Shown piece by piece: positions 35,331 to 36,682 of a stretch of 36,682 bases of DNA. The stretch is taken from contig JASJQH010006933.1 of assembly GCA_040143965.1 (NCBI GenBank), forward strand, positions 1 through 36,682, written 5' to 3'. The notes below the pieces were generated by a model. That model was not told where the DNA came from and did not search any database. It was given only the letters and a program-made list of their open reading frames with translations. Position 1 is the stretch's first letter. The number at the start of each line of letters is the position of its first letter. Source of the DNA: Basidiobolus ranarum. Its lineage: Eukaryota. A program made the position numbers and the translations under genes.

Positions 35331-36555
35331 CTACGTAAATGCTTCATCTTCCAGAAGGTATTTGGATAATGATCTAAATATGTAATTTTGGTATCTTCAC
35401 CTCTTTTCATGAAGCTACTCGGCGATATCTTGGTGTGTTCGAAGTACAGAAATATTGCTGAAATGAGAATGCGATGATTTTATGTTTATTGCCACTTAAA
35501 CTTTCATCTAATAGGGAGTCGAATTTTCCATGCATTATCGCGATTAAATAACAGATATTGTTTACTTTTATCGCAGTTCAACAACATGTGACTGGCAAAT
35601 AATATTTACCTATCATGGTTAAAGATTCTATTGGAAGAATATGTGATTTCAGTTCACAAATCTTTATTAATTAATAATCCGTGTGTAGCGAAGGAAATCA
35701 ACTTGTTTTCGGATGGCGTAGAAGATGGACAACAGGTGGCAGAATTCCCTGCTTAAAACCAGTACAGCTTGATGTTAATTTGCTATCTGTAGTTGTCCAC
35801 CTAGTTCAATATGTCACCGTCAAAGTATCTCACAACACTTGGGCTCTAATCTGAAGGTTGGACTAGGCAATTGAAGGCAGTTACGCAGAGTTCAGATATT
35901 TAATACGTTCCCTTGGAAGTTTCCAAGTGACCCCTGCTGTATTCACTACGCACATGTTATTGCTGCCCACAAGCTTGAAGAAAAATTTGCTGGAACCACG
36001 CGATAATTCATTTCCGGTTTCCACGCCTCGGAAATTAACCTGGGATATTTGGTTTGGAGATATAATGTAAACATCAGATCCTCATCTCGATCTTGGAGAT
36101 TGTTTTTATTTTCAGTCTGGCCAATTGAATGTTCTGCTGGTAATCAGTTTATTATTGGTCTGAGTGAAATATCAACTTTCTTCCATAAAACTTGAGAATT
36201 GATCTTTTTGTAGCCCTTAATTTAATAAATGTTACATCACATAACTTTATTGGGATATCTTCACTAATTACTAACAACTCAATTCAGGCGAGCTAAATCA
36301 AGGTCACAGATGCGTAATTTCTTAATCCTGTATTTGTGGCATTGCTGACTTGGTGAGACCTGGCCATTGTTTGCATTAAACCCCTGCTACTATGGCCAGT
36401 GGCACAAACGGTACTTTGATGTGAATTCTAGGCATGGGAGGAGGTATATTTATTGGAGTTCATTTGAGATGTGCCCTGTATTCCTGTCTTTTTCCAATAA
36501 GTCACATAAATTTAATTTAATTCTTTTCCACACCTCTTGAGTTTTATTTACGAAC

Positions 36556-36682
36556 ATGTCTACATCTGCCATGGCCCGTCCTCTTACTCCAAGTTCTAGA
36601 CACCCTGACTTGAAGGCTCTATCGCCTGAACACCACCGCCAGGGTTGGACGCTGCCTCCCCTGGATAGATCTATATCCGCCA
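36556..36682 (+). CDS. 5' end of a possible gene truncated by the window edge
   Basis: ATG 36556 opens a frame running to the window end (MSTSAMARPLTPSSRHPDLKALSPEHHRQGWTLPPLDRSISA). GC content is higher than the flank, and a pyrimidine-rich leader precedes it. Confidence 0.4.
   Translation, partial: MSTSAMARPLTPSSRHPDLKALSPEHHRQGWTLPPLDRSISA

Noticed and set aside
35800..36100. Roughly 64-codon open stretch on the minus strand (DVYIISPNQISQVNFRG...)
   Set aside because: No start codon or exon context and no recognisable family.
1..36682. tRNA, rRNA, CRISPR arrays or prokaryotic operons
   Set aside because: None recognised by eye. Spliceosomal introns and a nucleoporin show the sequence is eukaryotic.

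Overview
Eukaryotic, AT-rich genomic DNA with short (about 50-140 nt) GT-AG introns. The gene content (AA11-type LPMO, Kre9-like GPI protein, Rax1-like RGS protein, PL14 lyase) points to a fungus, most plausibly an early-diverging lineage such as Basidiobolus/Zoopagomycota or Mucoromycota (inference). I reconstructed about 14 intact genes by hand: DUF1647-like glycosyltransferase-like protein, Kre9/KNH-like GPI protein, AA11 LPMO with a Cys-rich C-terminal module, glyoxalase II, RGS-TM protein, alpha/beta hydrolase, UPF0045/Ecm15 protein, arrestin-like protein, Nup170/155, PRXL2/SelU-like redoxin, mitochondrial rhomboid, C2H2 transcription factor, prion-like MIR protein and PL14 lyase. Decayed sequences include a PCNA pseudogene, an AGX1 pseudogene, a Ty3/Gypsy pol relic and an unidentified dead gene. 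The most notable signals are: an extra upstream exon giving glyoxalase II a mitochondrial presequence; a PTS1 (AKL) on the PRXL2-like protein; a long, strand-specific G-U-containing stem-loop just after the rhomboid stop codon; and a signal-peptide-less MIR domain fused to N/Q/Y-rich prion-like tracts. I recognised no tRNA, rRNA or CRISPR array. All family calls come from motif recognition, not database searches.
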